Shown: piece after piece, positions 7,212 to 15,516 of the stretch
Numbering within the stretch: the first letter of the stretch is position 1
Layout of the letters: the number at the start of each line of letters is the position of its first letter
Origin: Breznakia sp. PF5-3
GTDB lineage: Bacteria > Bacillota_I > Bacilli_A > Erysipelotrichales > Erysipelotrichaceae
Assembly (NCBI RefSeq): GCF_029504745.1
Contig: NZ_JAQFIQ010000042.1
Location: 1-19,724 of the forward strand
Direction: 5' to 3'
DNA length: 19,724 bases
The notes under the pieces: model-generated
What the model was told of the DNA's origin: nothing
Seen by the model: only the letters and a program-made list of their open reading frames with translations
Databases searched by the model: none
Position numbers and translations under genes: made by a program

Positions 7212-8273
7212 ATGGATATCAAAATTACTCGTGCAACAACATTAAAAGAAAAACCAGACCAAAATAAATTGGGGTTTGGTACGTATTTTACAGATCATAT
7301 GTTTGTTATGGATTATGAAGAAGGAAAAGGTTGGCATAATGCGCAAATAGTTCCTTATGGACCAATTTGCATGGATCCAGCTAGTATGGTGTTGCATTAT
7401 GCACAAGAGACGTTTGAAGGATTGAAAGCATATCGTAACAAAGATAATATTTTGATATTTCGTCCGGATATGAATGCCAAGCGAATGATCCGATCAAATC
7501 AAAGATTATGTATGGCTGAAATTCCTGAAGCTATGTTTGTAGAGGCAGTAGAAGCGATTGTAAAATATGAGCAAGATTGGATTCCCGAAAAGGAAGGAAC
7601 TTCTTTATATATTCGTCCTTTTTGTTTTGCTAGTGAAGCAGGTGTGGGTGTTCATCCAGCACGAGCTTATAAATTTATAATTATTTTAAGTCCTGTTGGG
7701 GCATATTATCCAGAAGGGGTAAATCCAGTTAAAATTTATGTCGAAGATGAATATGTTCGTGCAGTCGCTGGAGGAACAGGATTTGCGAAATGTGGAGGAA
7801 ATTATGCAGCTAGTATTGCAGCACAGGTAAAAGCAGAAAAGCTTGGTTATACACAAGTATTATGGTTAGATGGTGTACATCGTAAATATGTAGAAGAAGT
7901 TGGAACAATGAATGTAATGTTCTTGATAGATGATGAAATTGTTACTGCACCATTGGAAGGAAGTGTCCTTCCTGGGGTTACAAGAGATTCTTGTATCCAA
8001 ATCTTAAAAGACTGGGGATATCGTGTAAAAGAGATAAACCTAGCAATTGAAGATTTAATGGAATATGCACAAAATGGAAGGTTGAAAGAAGCTTTTGGGA
8101 CAGGAACTGCAGCTGTGATATCACCAATTGGAGAATTAAACTATAAAGGAAATGCTCAAATCATAAATGATTTTAAAACGGGTGGATTAACACAACGTTT
8201 GTACGATGAATTAACTGGAATTCAATGGGGGCTAAAGGCAGATCCTTATCATTGGGTAAAAATTTTAAAATGA
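7212..8273 (+). CDS. ilvE: Branched-chain amino acid aminotransferase (class IV PLP enzyme)
   Basis: Motifs ETFEGLKAYR, SLYIRPF, GGTGFAKCGGNYAAS and VLPGVTRDS. Length is 353 aa. AAGGGGG ribosome-binding site. Confidence 0.9.
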   Translation: MDIKITRATTLKEKPDQNKLGFGTYFTDHMFVMDYEEGKGWHNAQIVPYGPICMDPASMVLHYAQETFEGLKAYRNKDNILIFRPDMNAKRMIRSNQRLCMAEIPEAMFVEAVEAIVKYEQDWIPEKEGTSLYIRPFCFASEAGVGVHPARAYKFIIILSPVGAYYPEGVNPVKIYVEDEYVRAVAGGTGFAKCGGNYAASIAAQVKAEKLGYTQVLWLDGVHRKYVEEVGTMNVMFLIDDEIVTAPLEGSVLPGVTRDSCIQILKDWGYRVKEINLAIEDLMEYAQNGRLKEAFGTGTAAVISPIGELNYKGNAQIINDFKTGGLTQRLYDELTGIQWGLKADPYHWVKILK

Positions 8274-8827
8274 GAAAGATAATTTTAGCGAGCAATTCAC
8301 CACGGAGAAAAGAATTGCTTGAAAGTGTTCATATTCCTTTTGAGATCATTGGTTCTGATGTTGAAGAAGTATTTGATAAAACATTATCAATTGAAAAAGC
8401 ACTTGAACAGGTTGCTTTATCAAAGGCTAAGAAAATTGCTGAAGCAAATTCTGATGCAATTGTAATTGGAGCAGATACAATTGTTTATCATCATGGAACC
8501 ATCTTAGGAAAGCCAAAATCGCTTGAAGATGCTTATGATACTTTGAAAAAACTTAGTGGAGATGTGCATCAAGTGATCACTGGCGTCGCACTTTGTTTTC
8601 AAGGGGAGGTAGAATTGTTTCACAGTGTTAGTGAAGTTTGTTTCTATACGTTATCTGATGAGGATATAAAAACATATTTGACACTTGAGCCGCCGTTGGA
8701 TAAGGCAGGATCATATGGAATTCAAGGAATGGGTAAATATTTTGTGAAAGAACTACATGGTGATTATTTTAATATTGTTGGATTGCCAGTAGCTGAACTT
8801 TATCAAAGACTAAAGAAGTATGTGTAA
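8270..8827 (+). CDS. maf: Maf-like nucleoside triphosphate pyrophosphatase (septum formation protein Maf family)
   Basis: I chose the ATG at 8270 (MRKIILASNSPRRKELL), which is the canonical Maf N-terminus. It overlaps the ilvE stop as ATGA. Other motifs are GADTIV and DKAGSYGIQG. Confidence 0.9.
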   Translation: MRKIILASNSPRRKELLESVHIPFEIIGSDVEEVFDKTLSIEKALEQVALSKAKKIAEANSDAIVIGADTIVYHHGTILGKPKSLEDAYDTLKKLSGDVHQVITGVALCFQGEVELFHSVSEVCFYTLSDEDIKTYLTLEPPLDKAGSYGIQGMGKYFVKELHGDYFNIVGLPVAELYQRLKKYV

Positions 8828-8842
8828 ACATATTTCTTTTTT
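8813..8842 (+). terminator. Rho-independent terminator overlapping the maf stop
   Basis: AAGAAGTATGT-gtaa-ACATATTTCTT forms an 11-bp stem with one G-U. TTTTGTTTTT follows. Confidence 0.5.
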
Positions 8843-8919
8843 GTTTTTAAAAGTTCATAAAATCAATTTAATTATGGTAATAGATTGGATATAATAGATA
8901 AGAAAGGTATGGGTGGAAT

Positions 8920-9681
8920 ATGAAAGTTTTAGCTACCGATTATGATGGTACTTTAAAAGTTGATGGAGAAATATCTGCTGAAAATAAAATAGCTCTTCAA
9001 CGTTGGCGAAACGCTGGGAATGCATTTGGTATTGTTACAGGGAGAAGTACGACAACGATTATGGATGAGATTAAAAAAAATAAGTTGGATGTTGATTTTT
9101 TGATTTGTAATAACGGAGGGGTTATTTTAGATAAAGATTATAATATCTTAAAACTATCATTGATTGATTTTAGTGAGGCTGAGAAGATCCTTGCTTATTT
9201 AGAGACTTATGATTGTAGTGCTTATGTATTAAATGATGGTATTCATCGTGCGAAGAAAGTTTTGAAAGAGCACCACGATGATCTTCACAATGCCCCTTCT
9301 ACGGTAAGTGTGGAAACGATTTTAAAGCAACAAAAAATTGCTCAAATTGTAGTAGGATTTGAAAACCAAGCGGAAGCAAATGCTTTGGCATTTGCTTTGA
9401 ATGATGAATTTGGGGATGCAATTGAAGCGTTTGCGAATGTAAATTGTGTGGATGTGGTTCCTAAAGGTGTGAGTAAAGCTGAGGGAATCGCGTTTGTAGC
9501 AAAACGTGATGGATTAAATAAAAAAGCAATTTATACAATTGGTGATTCATATAATGATATTTGTATGTTGGAAGCTTTTACAGGAGCGACATTGGAGCAT
9601 GCACAAGCGGATATCAAAGGGTTGGTTGATTATGTTGTAAAAGATGTTGCTACTTATTTGCAGATTGTGGATAGTCTTTAA
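8920..9681 (+). CDS. Cof-type HAD-IIB family phosphatase
   Basis: Motif I is ATDYDGTL (DxDGT). GIVTGRS is present, and motif IV is GDSYNDICM. Length is 253 aa, with a cap domain between the motifs. Confidence 0.8.
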   Translation: MKVLATDYDGTLKVDGEISAENKIALQRWRNAGNAFGIVTGRSTTTIMDEIKKNKLDVDFLICNNGGVILDKDYNILKLSLIDFSEAEKILAYLETYDCSAYVLNDGIHRAKKVLKEHHDDLHNAPSTVSVETILKQQKIAQIVVGFENQAEANALAFALNDEFGDAIEAFANVNCVDVVPKGVSKAEGIAFVAKRDGLNKKAIYTIGDSYNDICMLEAFTGATLEHAQADIKGLVDYVVKDVATYLQIVDSL

Positions 9682-9697
9682 ATAAGTGCTTGTTTTA

Positions 9698-9706
9698 TGC
9701 TATAAT
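9698..9706 (+). promoter_or_regulatory. Candidate extended -10 promoter for cdaA-cdaR-glmM
   Basis: TGcTATAAT at 9698-9706, 24 nt upstream of the cdaA ATG. The -35 is poor (TTAAAT). Confidence 0.35.
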
Positions 9707-9729
9707 TAGACAAGAAAAAGGAGCTTCTT

Positions 9730-10695
9730 ATGCTGAGTTATTTAACCTTGAGTAATTTGATTTCATTATTGAAATTAATTCTTGATATTGGTGTTGTTTC
9801 AATCGTTATCTATTATTGTCTTAAGATTATAAAAAATAATACACGAACGATTCAGATTGCCAAAGGGATTATCTTTGTTTTTTTGATTAATTGGATAGCC
9901 CAAACATTAGAATTAAGAACAATTGAGTTTTTAACTACACAATTTTTAAATTGGGGGTTCTTAGCTGTTTTTATTATATTTCAGCCAGAGTTGCGATCTT
10001 TATTGGAAAAGCTTGGACGTACAACGGTGTTTTCCAGTCTTTCTAGCTTAGATGAAGATCAAAGACAACAATTGGTAGATGAGTTGGTAAAAACTTGTAT
10101 TACGCTTTCTAAAAGCCGTACAGGGGCTTTGATTTCACTTGAGCAAACCAATTCTTTAGAAGATTATATTCGTACTGGTACGATCATGAATAGTGATGTG
10201 ACAGCCGAGTTATTATGTTCTATTTTTGTACCAGGAACACCCTTACATGATGGTGCTGTAATTATACGGGGAAATAAAATTGCTTGTGCAAGTGCATATT
10301 TTCCACCAACAGTTAAAGAATTTCCTTCCAATTATGGTGCGCGTCATCGTGCAGCGGTGGGAATCAGTGAAATTACAGATTGTGTAACAATCGTTGTTTC
10401 AGAGGAAACGGGGAATATTTCGATTGCCCAAGAGGGTAAATTAACCGTTATGAACGCAGATGAATTGCGTGTTTTCTTATTGAATATTGTTCGCTCAGCA
10501 GATGAGAGTGAAAGTGAAGATGCTTCTGATTTTAAAAAGGAAACCATTGCTCCATTAAATGAAGAAAAACCAAGCGAAGAAAAAAAGAAAAAACGCAAAA
10601 CAAAACATCGAGAAAAAATAAAAGCAGATGCAATCGTTATAAATAAGACGAAAAGTACTCCCAAAAAAGGAGGTAAGAATGATGCTGAAAAATAA
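9730..10695 (+). CDS. cdaA: Diadenylate cyclase CdaA (membrane-anchored, DisA_N/DAC domain) with an extended charged C-terminal tail
   Basis: AAGGAG ribosome-binding site. Three N-terminal hydrophobic helices. DAC motifs are TPLHDGAVIIRG, GARHRAAVGISE and VVSEETGNISIA. It is followed by cdaR and glmM in the conserved order. Confidence 0.95.
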   Translation: MLSYLTLSNLISLLKLILDIGVVSIVIYYCLKIIKNNTRTIQIAKGIIFVFLINWIAQTLELRTIEFLTTQFLNWGFLAVFIIFQPELRSLLEKLGRTTVFSSLSSLDEDQRQQLVDELVKTCITLSKSRTGALISLEQTNSLEDYIRTGTIMNSDVTAELLCSIFVPGTPLHDGAVIIRGNKIACASAYFPPTVKEFPSNYGARHRAAVGISEITDCVTIVVSEETGNISIAQEGKLTVMNADELRVFLLNIVRSADESESEDASDFKKETIAPLNEEKPSEEKKKKRKTKHREKIKADAIVINKTKSTPKKGGKNDAEK

Positions 10696-12070
10696 AAAAA
10701 GAAACAATCATGAAAATAAAAGTGAGCTAGGACAAAGCTTTGCACAAACTTCAGAATCATTCAAGAAGACATATAGTAATTTAGAAAATATGCTGGCAAG
10801 AGCTTTCCGTTTTATTTCCAATTGGATTGATCGAATTTTATTCAATAAGAGGTATGGAAAATTAGTTGCAATAAGTCTTGCTACGATTTTCTGTGTGATT
10901 GTAAATAGTGGAGCAGAAGGAAATATCTTCACAAACAATTTGAAATCAGCTGTTGAACTGGAAGATGTTCAAGTAATAAGTAATATTAGTGATAGTACTT
11001 ATGAAGTGAGTGATCTTCCAGAAACAGTAGATGTTACCGTTACCGGAGATACAAGCGATGTACAAAGCGTTGCACAACAGAAAAGCAATTATCAAATATT
11101 AGCGAATCTGAAAGATTTAGGGGAAGGAACACATGAAGTAGAGTTGGAACCAGTTAATTTTTCTAGCAAACTTGATGTTTCGATTAAACCTAGTATCGTA
11201 GTTGTGAACGTGAAGAAAAAGATAACAAGAAGTTATACTTTAGGTTATGATTATATTAATACGAATAATATGGATAATATTTATTCGTTGTCAAAACCTG
11301 AGTTTGATCAAAATGAGGTAATTGTTCGTGCTAGTGAAGATCGTATGAGTGAAATCGCTTATGTGAAAGCACTAATTGATGTATCTGATAAAAAGGCTGA
11401 TTTCGAACAAGAAGCTATGATTGTGGCGTATGATCAAAATGGTGAAAAATTGGATGTGGATATTTTACCAGAAACCGTAAATGTTAAAGTAGGGGTTAGT
11501 TCGCCAAATAAAGAAGTACCAATCAAAGTAGAATTTACAGGTAGCCTTCCTGAGGGTAGAGCGATTGAATCTTATACGTTAGACCGTAAGAAGATTAGAT
11601 TGTTTGGTTCCCAAGATGTATTGGATGAAATAAAAGATGTTACAATCCATGTACCTTTAACAAAAATAACTGAGGATATTGATGCTAAAAGCATTACAGT
11701 ACCATTAAAATTACCAAATGGTACAGCAGTAAAAGGCGATAGTGTTACGGTGAAAGTGGATTTCAAATTAGGAAAAGCCGTTAGCAAAACATTTACTGAT
11801 ATTCCTATAAAATTTGAAAATTGGAATGATGGAATATCTTTAATGAATGATGAAAAAATAGTAACTACAGTAGAAGTTAGTGGTACTAAAAAAACAGTAG
11901 AGAATCTAAAGGCAACGAATATTATAGTTGTTGCCGATATGAGCGAGTATTCTTTCGCAGGTGTATATGAAGTAGTATTGACAGTTCAAAATAAAAATGA
12001 TTTGATAAAGTATAGTTTAAAAAATATAGAAATCGAACTAGTTGAAGCAAAAGTAATTGAAAAGGAGTAG
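10679..12070 (+). CDS. cdaR: CdaA regulatory protein CdaR (YbbR-domain protein)
   Basis: GGAGG lies 5 nt upstream, and the start overlaps the cdaA 3' end by 17 nt. It has one N-terminal transmembrane helix (LVAISLATIFCVIV), then repeated beta-rich YbbR-like modules. It sits between cdaA and glmM. Confidence 0.85.
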   Translation: MMLKNKKRNNHENKSELGQSFAQTSESFKKTYSNLENMLARAFRFISNWIDRILFNKRYGKLVAISLATIFCVIVNSGAEGNIFTNNLKSAVELEDVQVISNISDSTYEVSDLPETVDVTVTGDTSDVQSVAQQKSNYQILANLKDLGEGTHEVELEPVNFSSKLDVSIKPSIVVVNVKKKITRSYTLGYDYINTNNMDNIYSLSKPEFDQNEVIVRASEDRMSEIAYVKALIDVSDKKADFEQEAMIVAYDQNGEKLDVDILPETVNVKVGVSSPNKEVPIKVEFTGSLPEGRAIESYTLDRKKIRLFGSQDVLDEIKDVTIHVPLTKITEDIDAKSITVPLKLPNGTAVKGDSVTVKVDFKLGKAVSKTFTDIPIKFENWNDGISLMNDEKIVTTVEVSGTKKTVENLKATNIIVVADMSEYSFAGVYEVVLTVQNKNDLIKYSLKNIEIELVEAKVIEKE

Positions 12071-12078
12071 TGTTGGAC

Positions 12079-13413
12079 ATGGGGAAATATTTTGGAACAG
12101 ATGGAGCTCGTGGAAGAGCAAATGACAAATTAACATTAGATATGGCAGTAAAGATTGGAAAGTATATTGGATATTATTTTGGCAGAAAAAAACATGCAAA
12201 AATTGTAATTGGAAAAGATACTCGATTATCTAGTGATATGTTTGAAATGGCAATTTCTGCAGGTGCAGTAAGCACGGGAGCAAATGTATATTTAGTTGAT
12301 GTATGTCCAACGCCATGTATATCTTATTTAATTCAAAAAGAAAAATTCGATTGTGGTGTGATGATTAGTGCATCGCACAATCCTTATTATGATAATGGAA
12401 TTAAACTGTTTAATAGTCAAGGGAAAAAGATGGATGCAGATATTGAAGCATTGATTGAACAGTATATAGATGATGAAATTGATATCACATATGCGGATGG
12501 AGAGAATATCGGAAAAGTGATCGATTTTTCAGATGGTCTTGTACTTTATGAATCAAGATTGAAAAGTGTTCTTGCTACTGATTTATCAGGAATGTCGATT
12601 GCTTTAGACCTTGCAAACGGTAGTGCAACTTCTTGTGCAGTAAATATTTTTACGGATTTGGGAGTTTCATCTAAAGTTTTACATTCTCAACCCAATGGAA
12701 TAAATATCAATTATCATTGTGGATCTACACATCCAGAAGATTTACAAGAATTGATGCGTGAAGGTAATTATGATGTTGGATTTGCCTTTGATGGTGATGC
12801 GGATCGTTTGATTGCAGTAAATGAAGATGGAGAATTGTTTGATGGAGATCATATTTTGTATGTATGTTCAAAATATTTAAGAGATCGTGGATTGCTAAAA
12901 GACAATATGGTTGTTACAACGGTTATGGCAAATCTAGGATTATATAAAGCTCTTGAAAAAGAAGCGATTGATTATAAACAAACAGCAGTTGGAGATAAAT
13001 ATGTATTTGAAGAAATGGAAGCAAATGATTATATTTTAGGTGGAGAACAATCAGGGCATATTATCTTTAAACGTCATGCGATTACTGGAGATGGTTTGTT
13101 AAGTGCTTTAATGTTACTTGAAATTATGAAGAGTGAAAGAAAGTCATTAAAACAGTTAAGTGAAGAGTTGTTTATCTATCCACAACTGTTAATTAATGTA
13201 CCAGTAAAAAACAAAGAAAAAGCATTACACGATGATGAATTATTAAAATTAGTGGATGAAGTGGCAGTAGAACTTGCAAGCGAAGGACGTATCCTTGTAA
13301 GACCAAGTGGTACAGAGCCATTAATTAGAGTTATGGTGGAGGCAAAAACCGATGCTTTGTGTGAGCGTCATGTGAATCATGTAGTAGAATTTATTAAATC
13401 AAAAGGACTATAA
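12079..13413 (+). CDS. glmM: Phosphoglucosamine mutase
   Basis: Canonical N-terminus MGKYFGTDGARG. The phosphoserine loop is SASHNP, the metal site is FDGDADR, and GGEQSGH and RPSGTEP are present. The start is ambiguous: ATG 12079 is preferred by homology, while TTG 12073 or GTG 12070 lie closer to the AAGGAG at 12062-12067. Confidence 0.93.
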   Translation: MGKYFGTDGARGRANDKLTLDMAVKIGKYIGYYFGRKKHAKIVIGKDTRLSSDMFEMAISAGAVSTGANVYLVDVCPTPCISYLIQKEKFDCGVMISASHNPYYDNGIKLFNSQGKKMDADIEALIEQYIDDEIDITYADGENIGKVIDFSDGLVLYESRLKSVLATDLSGMSIALDLANGSATSCAVNIFTDLGVSSKVLHSQPNGININYHCGSTHPEDLQELMREGNYDVGFAFDGDADRLIAVNEDGELFDGDHILYVCSKYLRDRGLLKDNMVVTTVMANLGLYKALEKEAIDYKQTAVGDKYVFEEMEANDYILGGEQSGHIIFKRHAITGDGLLSALMLLEIMKSERKSLKQLSEELFIYPQLLINVPVKNKEKALHDDELLKLVDEVAVELASEGRILVRPSGTEPLIRVMVEAKTDALCERHVNHVVEFIKSKGL

Positions 13414-13427
13414 AAAAGTCCTTTTTT
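13401..13427 (+). terminator. Rho-independent terminator overlapping the glmM stop
   Basis: AAAAGGACT (13401-13409) pairs with AGTCCTTTT (13417-13425). The T-run continues downstream. Confidence 0.55.
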
Positions 13428-13472
13428 GTATCACATAATTTTGGTACAATAGGACTATAAGAGGTGACTCGT

Positions 13473-14129
13473 ATGAAAAAAGTAATTTGTGTAGTAGAAG
13501 ATGAAAAAGATTTAAATGAGCTAGTAAAAAGATATTTGGAAAAAGAAGGCTATGAAGTACGTTCTTATCTAACGTATGATTCTGCATATGCACACATCAA
13601 TGATGATGATGTGCATCTTTGGATTTTGGATATCATGTTAGATAATAAAAGTGGATTTGATTTGATTGAAGAAATTCGTAGTCAAGGAAGTGAAATCCCA
13701 GTCATTTTTATGAGTGCAAGGGACAAAGAATTTGACCGTATTATTGGTCTTGAAAAGGGGAGTGATGATTACATCACAAAACCTTTCTCACCAAAAGAAC
13801 TAGTTCTTAGGGTAAATAATCTAATGAAGCGTGCATATAAAGAATCAAGTCGAATTCAGATAGATGGATATGAACTTGATGAAGTACAAAGAAAAGTCTT
13901 TGAAGAGAATCATGAAATTGATTTAACAACTAAAGAATTTGATCTATTGATGATGTTTATTCGAAATAAAGGAATCGCTTTTTCAAGAGAAATGATTTTG
14001 GAAAATGTGTGGGAAGATAATTATTTTGGAAGTGATCGAGTGGTGGATGATACCTTACGTCGATTGAGGAAAAAACTTCCTAATTTGAACATTCATACAA
14101 TTTATGGATTTGGGTATCGTTTAGGATAA
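13473..14129 (+). CDS. OmpR/PhoB-family response regulator
   Basis: I chose the ATG at 13473 (MKKVICVVEDE), which has an AGAGGTG ribosome-binding site. The receiver domain carries the acceptor Asp in LWILDIMLD, plus MSARD and GSDDYITKPF. The winged-helix output has TKEFDLL, VDDTLRRLRKKL and YGFGYRL. Confidence 0.92.
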   Translation: MKKVICVVEDEKDLNELVKRYLEKEGYEVRSYLTYDSAYAHINDDDVHLWILDIMLDNKSGFDLIEEIRSQGSEIPVIFMSARDKEFDRIIGLEKGSDDYITKPFSPKELVLRVNNLMKRAYKESSRIQIDGYELDEVQRKVFEENHEIDLTTKEFDLLMMFIRNKGIAFSREMILENVWEDNYFGSDRVVDDTLRRLRKKLPNLNIHTIYGFGYRLG

Positions 14130-15496
14130 TGCCAAAGTCTAGGTTATGGGTAAAGAATTTATCTTTATCCCAACAATTATTTGTATTAATTGTAAGTTTT
14201 ATTTCCTTTTTTGCCATATTTTTCTTTATTTTTATCAATAGTAATGTAAATCGTTATACCGAAGAACAGATGTTTATTCAGTTGCGTGAAGTACAAAACA
14301 ATCTTACTTATTTTTATGGGTTAGATGTTAATATTAATGAATTATCACAAGGTGATTATCGCTTTGTGGATACATATTTTTTTGAAAAAGAAGCAGATAC
14401 GTTTACCGTAATTAGTAATTCTAATGATTTGCAAGAAGGTAGTGGTATCTATACGGATATTTATAAGAATATTCAAGTGTTATCTGCTATTAGTGAGGGA
14501 CCAGTAGGAACATTTTATAAAAATGTAAGTATTGATTATTCTTTTTCTAGTAAAAAATATACATATTACAGTATTAAGTTTTTAGATGATGATGTAATTA
14601 TGGTCAGTATGCTAGACAATGATTATATGGAAGAGTTCAAATCAACATTTGTTGGAAATGTGATGGATATTACAATTTTTGTTGTTGGATTATTCTTTGT
14701 AATTATGATGTTGTGGGTAAGTAATATTATTCGACCACTGAATCAGATTAAAAACTATATTGAAAAGGTAAAAGTTGGAAAAGATGCGAAAATCAATGTT
14801 CATCGTAGAGATGAAATAGGTGAAGTGGCTACAGCCTTGGTTAGTATGCGTGAGGAGTTGACGCGCCAAGAAAGTACAAAAGAAGAGATGATCCATAATA
14901 TTTCGCATGATTTAAAAACACCGATTGCAACTATCAAGTCATATGGGGAAAGTATCAAAGATGGAATTTATCCTTATGACACATTGGAAAAAAGTGTAGA
15001 TGTTATCATTGATAATGCAAATCGTTTGGAGAAAAAGGTACATAGTTTATTGTTTATGAACCGTGTAGAATATATATTGAGTCAAGATAATGAAGAGGTA
15101 TATTGTGATATGAAAGAAGTTGTATCAACAGTAGTGTTAAATACGAAGGTGATACGACCAGAGATTGAAATTGAAACCAACCTAACAACCTCTCTATTTA
15201 GAGGTAATGATGAGGCATGGCGTGTATGTGTTGAGAATATTTTGGAAAATGCTTTACGATATGCGAAATCACAAATTGTTATTACGTTAGATGAAGATCA
15301 ATTATGTATTTATAATGATGGACCTCAAATTGAAGAAGAGCGTTTAAAAGTATTGTTTAAACCTTATGAAAAAGGAGAGGGAGGACAATTTGGCCTTGGG
15401 CTTTCAATTGTAAGTAAAGTTGTACAGGCAAGTCATTATCAAATTGTTGCTGAAAACGTAGAAACAGAAGGGGTTATTTTCAAGATTATGAAATAA
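14129..15496 (+). CDS. Sensor histidine kinase (two transmembrane helices, about 140-aa extracytoplasmic domain, HAMP, HisKA, HATPase_c)
   Basis: The start overlaps the regulator stop (TAATG). TM1 is about aa 15-36 and TM2 about aa 181-200. The H-box is HNISHDLKTPIATI, the N-box is ENILENALRYA, and the G-boxes are YNDGPQI and GGQFGLGLSIV. Confidence 0.9.
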   Translation: MPKSRLWVKNLSLSQQLFVLIVSFISFFAIFFFIFINSNVNRYTEEQMFIQLREVQNNLTYFYGLDVNINELSQGDYRFVDTYFFEKEADTFTVISNSNDLQEGSGIYTDIYKNIQVLSAISEGPVGTFYKNVSIDYSFSSKKYTYYSIKFLDDDVIMVSMLDNDYMEEFKSTFVGNVMDITIFVVGLFFVIMMLWVSNIIRPLNQIKNYIEKVKVGKDAKINVHRRDEIGEVATALVSMREELTRQESTKEEMIHNISHDLKTPIATIKSYGESIKDGIYPYDTLEKSVDVIIDNANRLEKKVHSLLFMNRVEYILSQDNEEVYCDMKEVVSTVVLNTKVIRPEIEIETNLTTSLFRGNDEAWRVCVENILENALRYAKSQIVITLDEDQLCIYNDGPQIEEERLKVLFKPYEKGEGGQFGLGLSIVSKVVQASHYQIVAENVETEGVIFKIMK

Positions 15497-15516
15497 TCAC
15501 TTGTGGGGAGGTATGT

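Noticed and set aside
10344-10760. A 138-aa minus-strand ORF across the cdaA/cdaR junction.
   Set aside because: Its Phe/Ser-rich sequence is simply the reverse complement of the Lys/Glu-rich CdaA tail. It overlaps two well-supported genes.
15497-15516. I looked for an M-box (ykoK) Mg2+ riboswitch upstream of mgtE.
   Set aside because: Only 20 nt separate the kinase stop from the mgtE start, and the space is occupied by a ribosome-binding site. No M-box-sized leader exists here or upstream of the regulator. The absence is reported as a finding instead.
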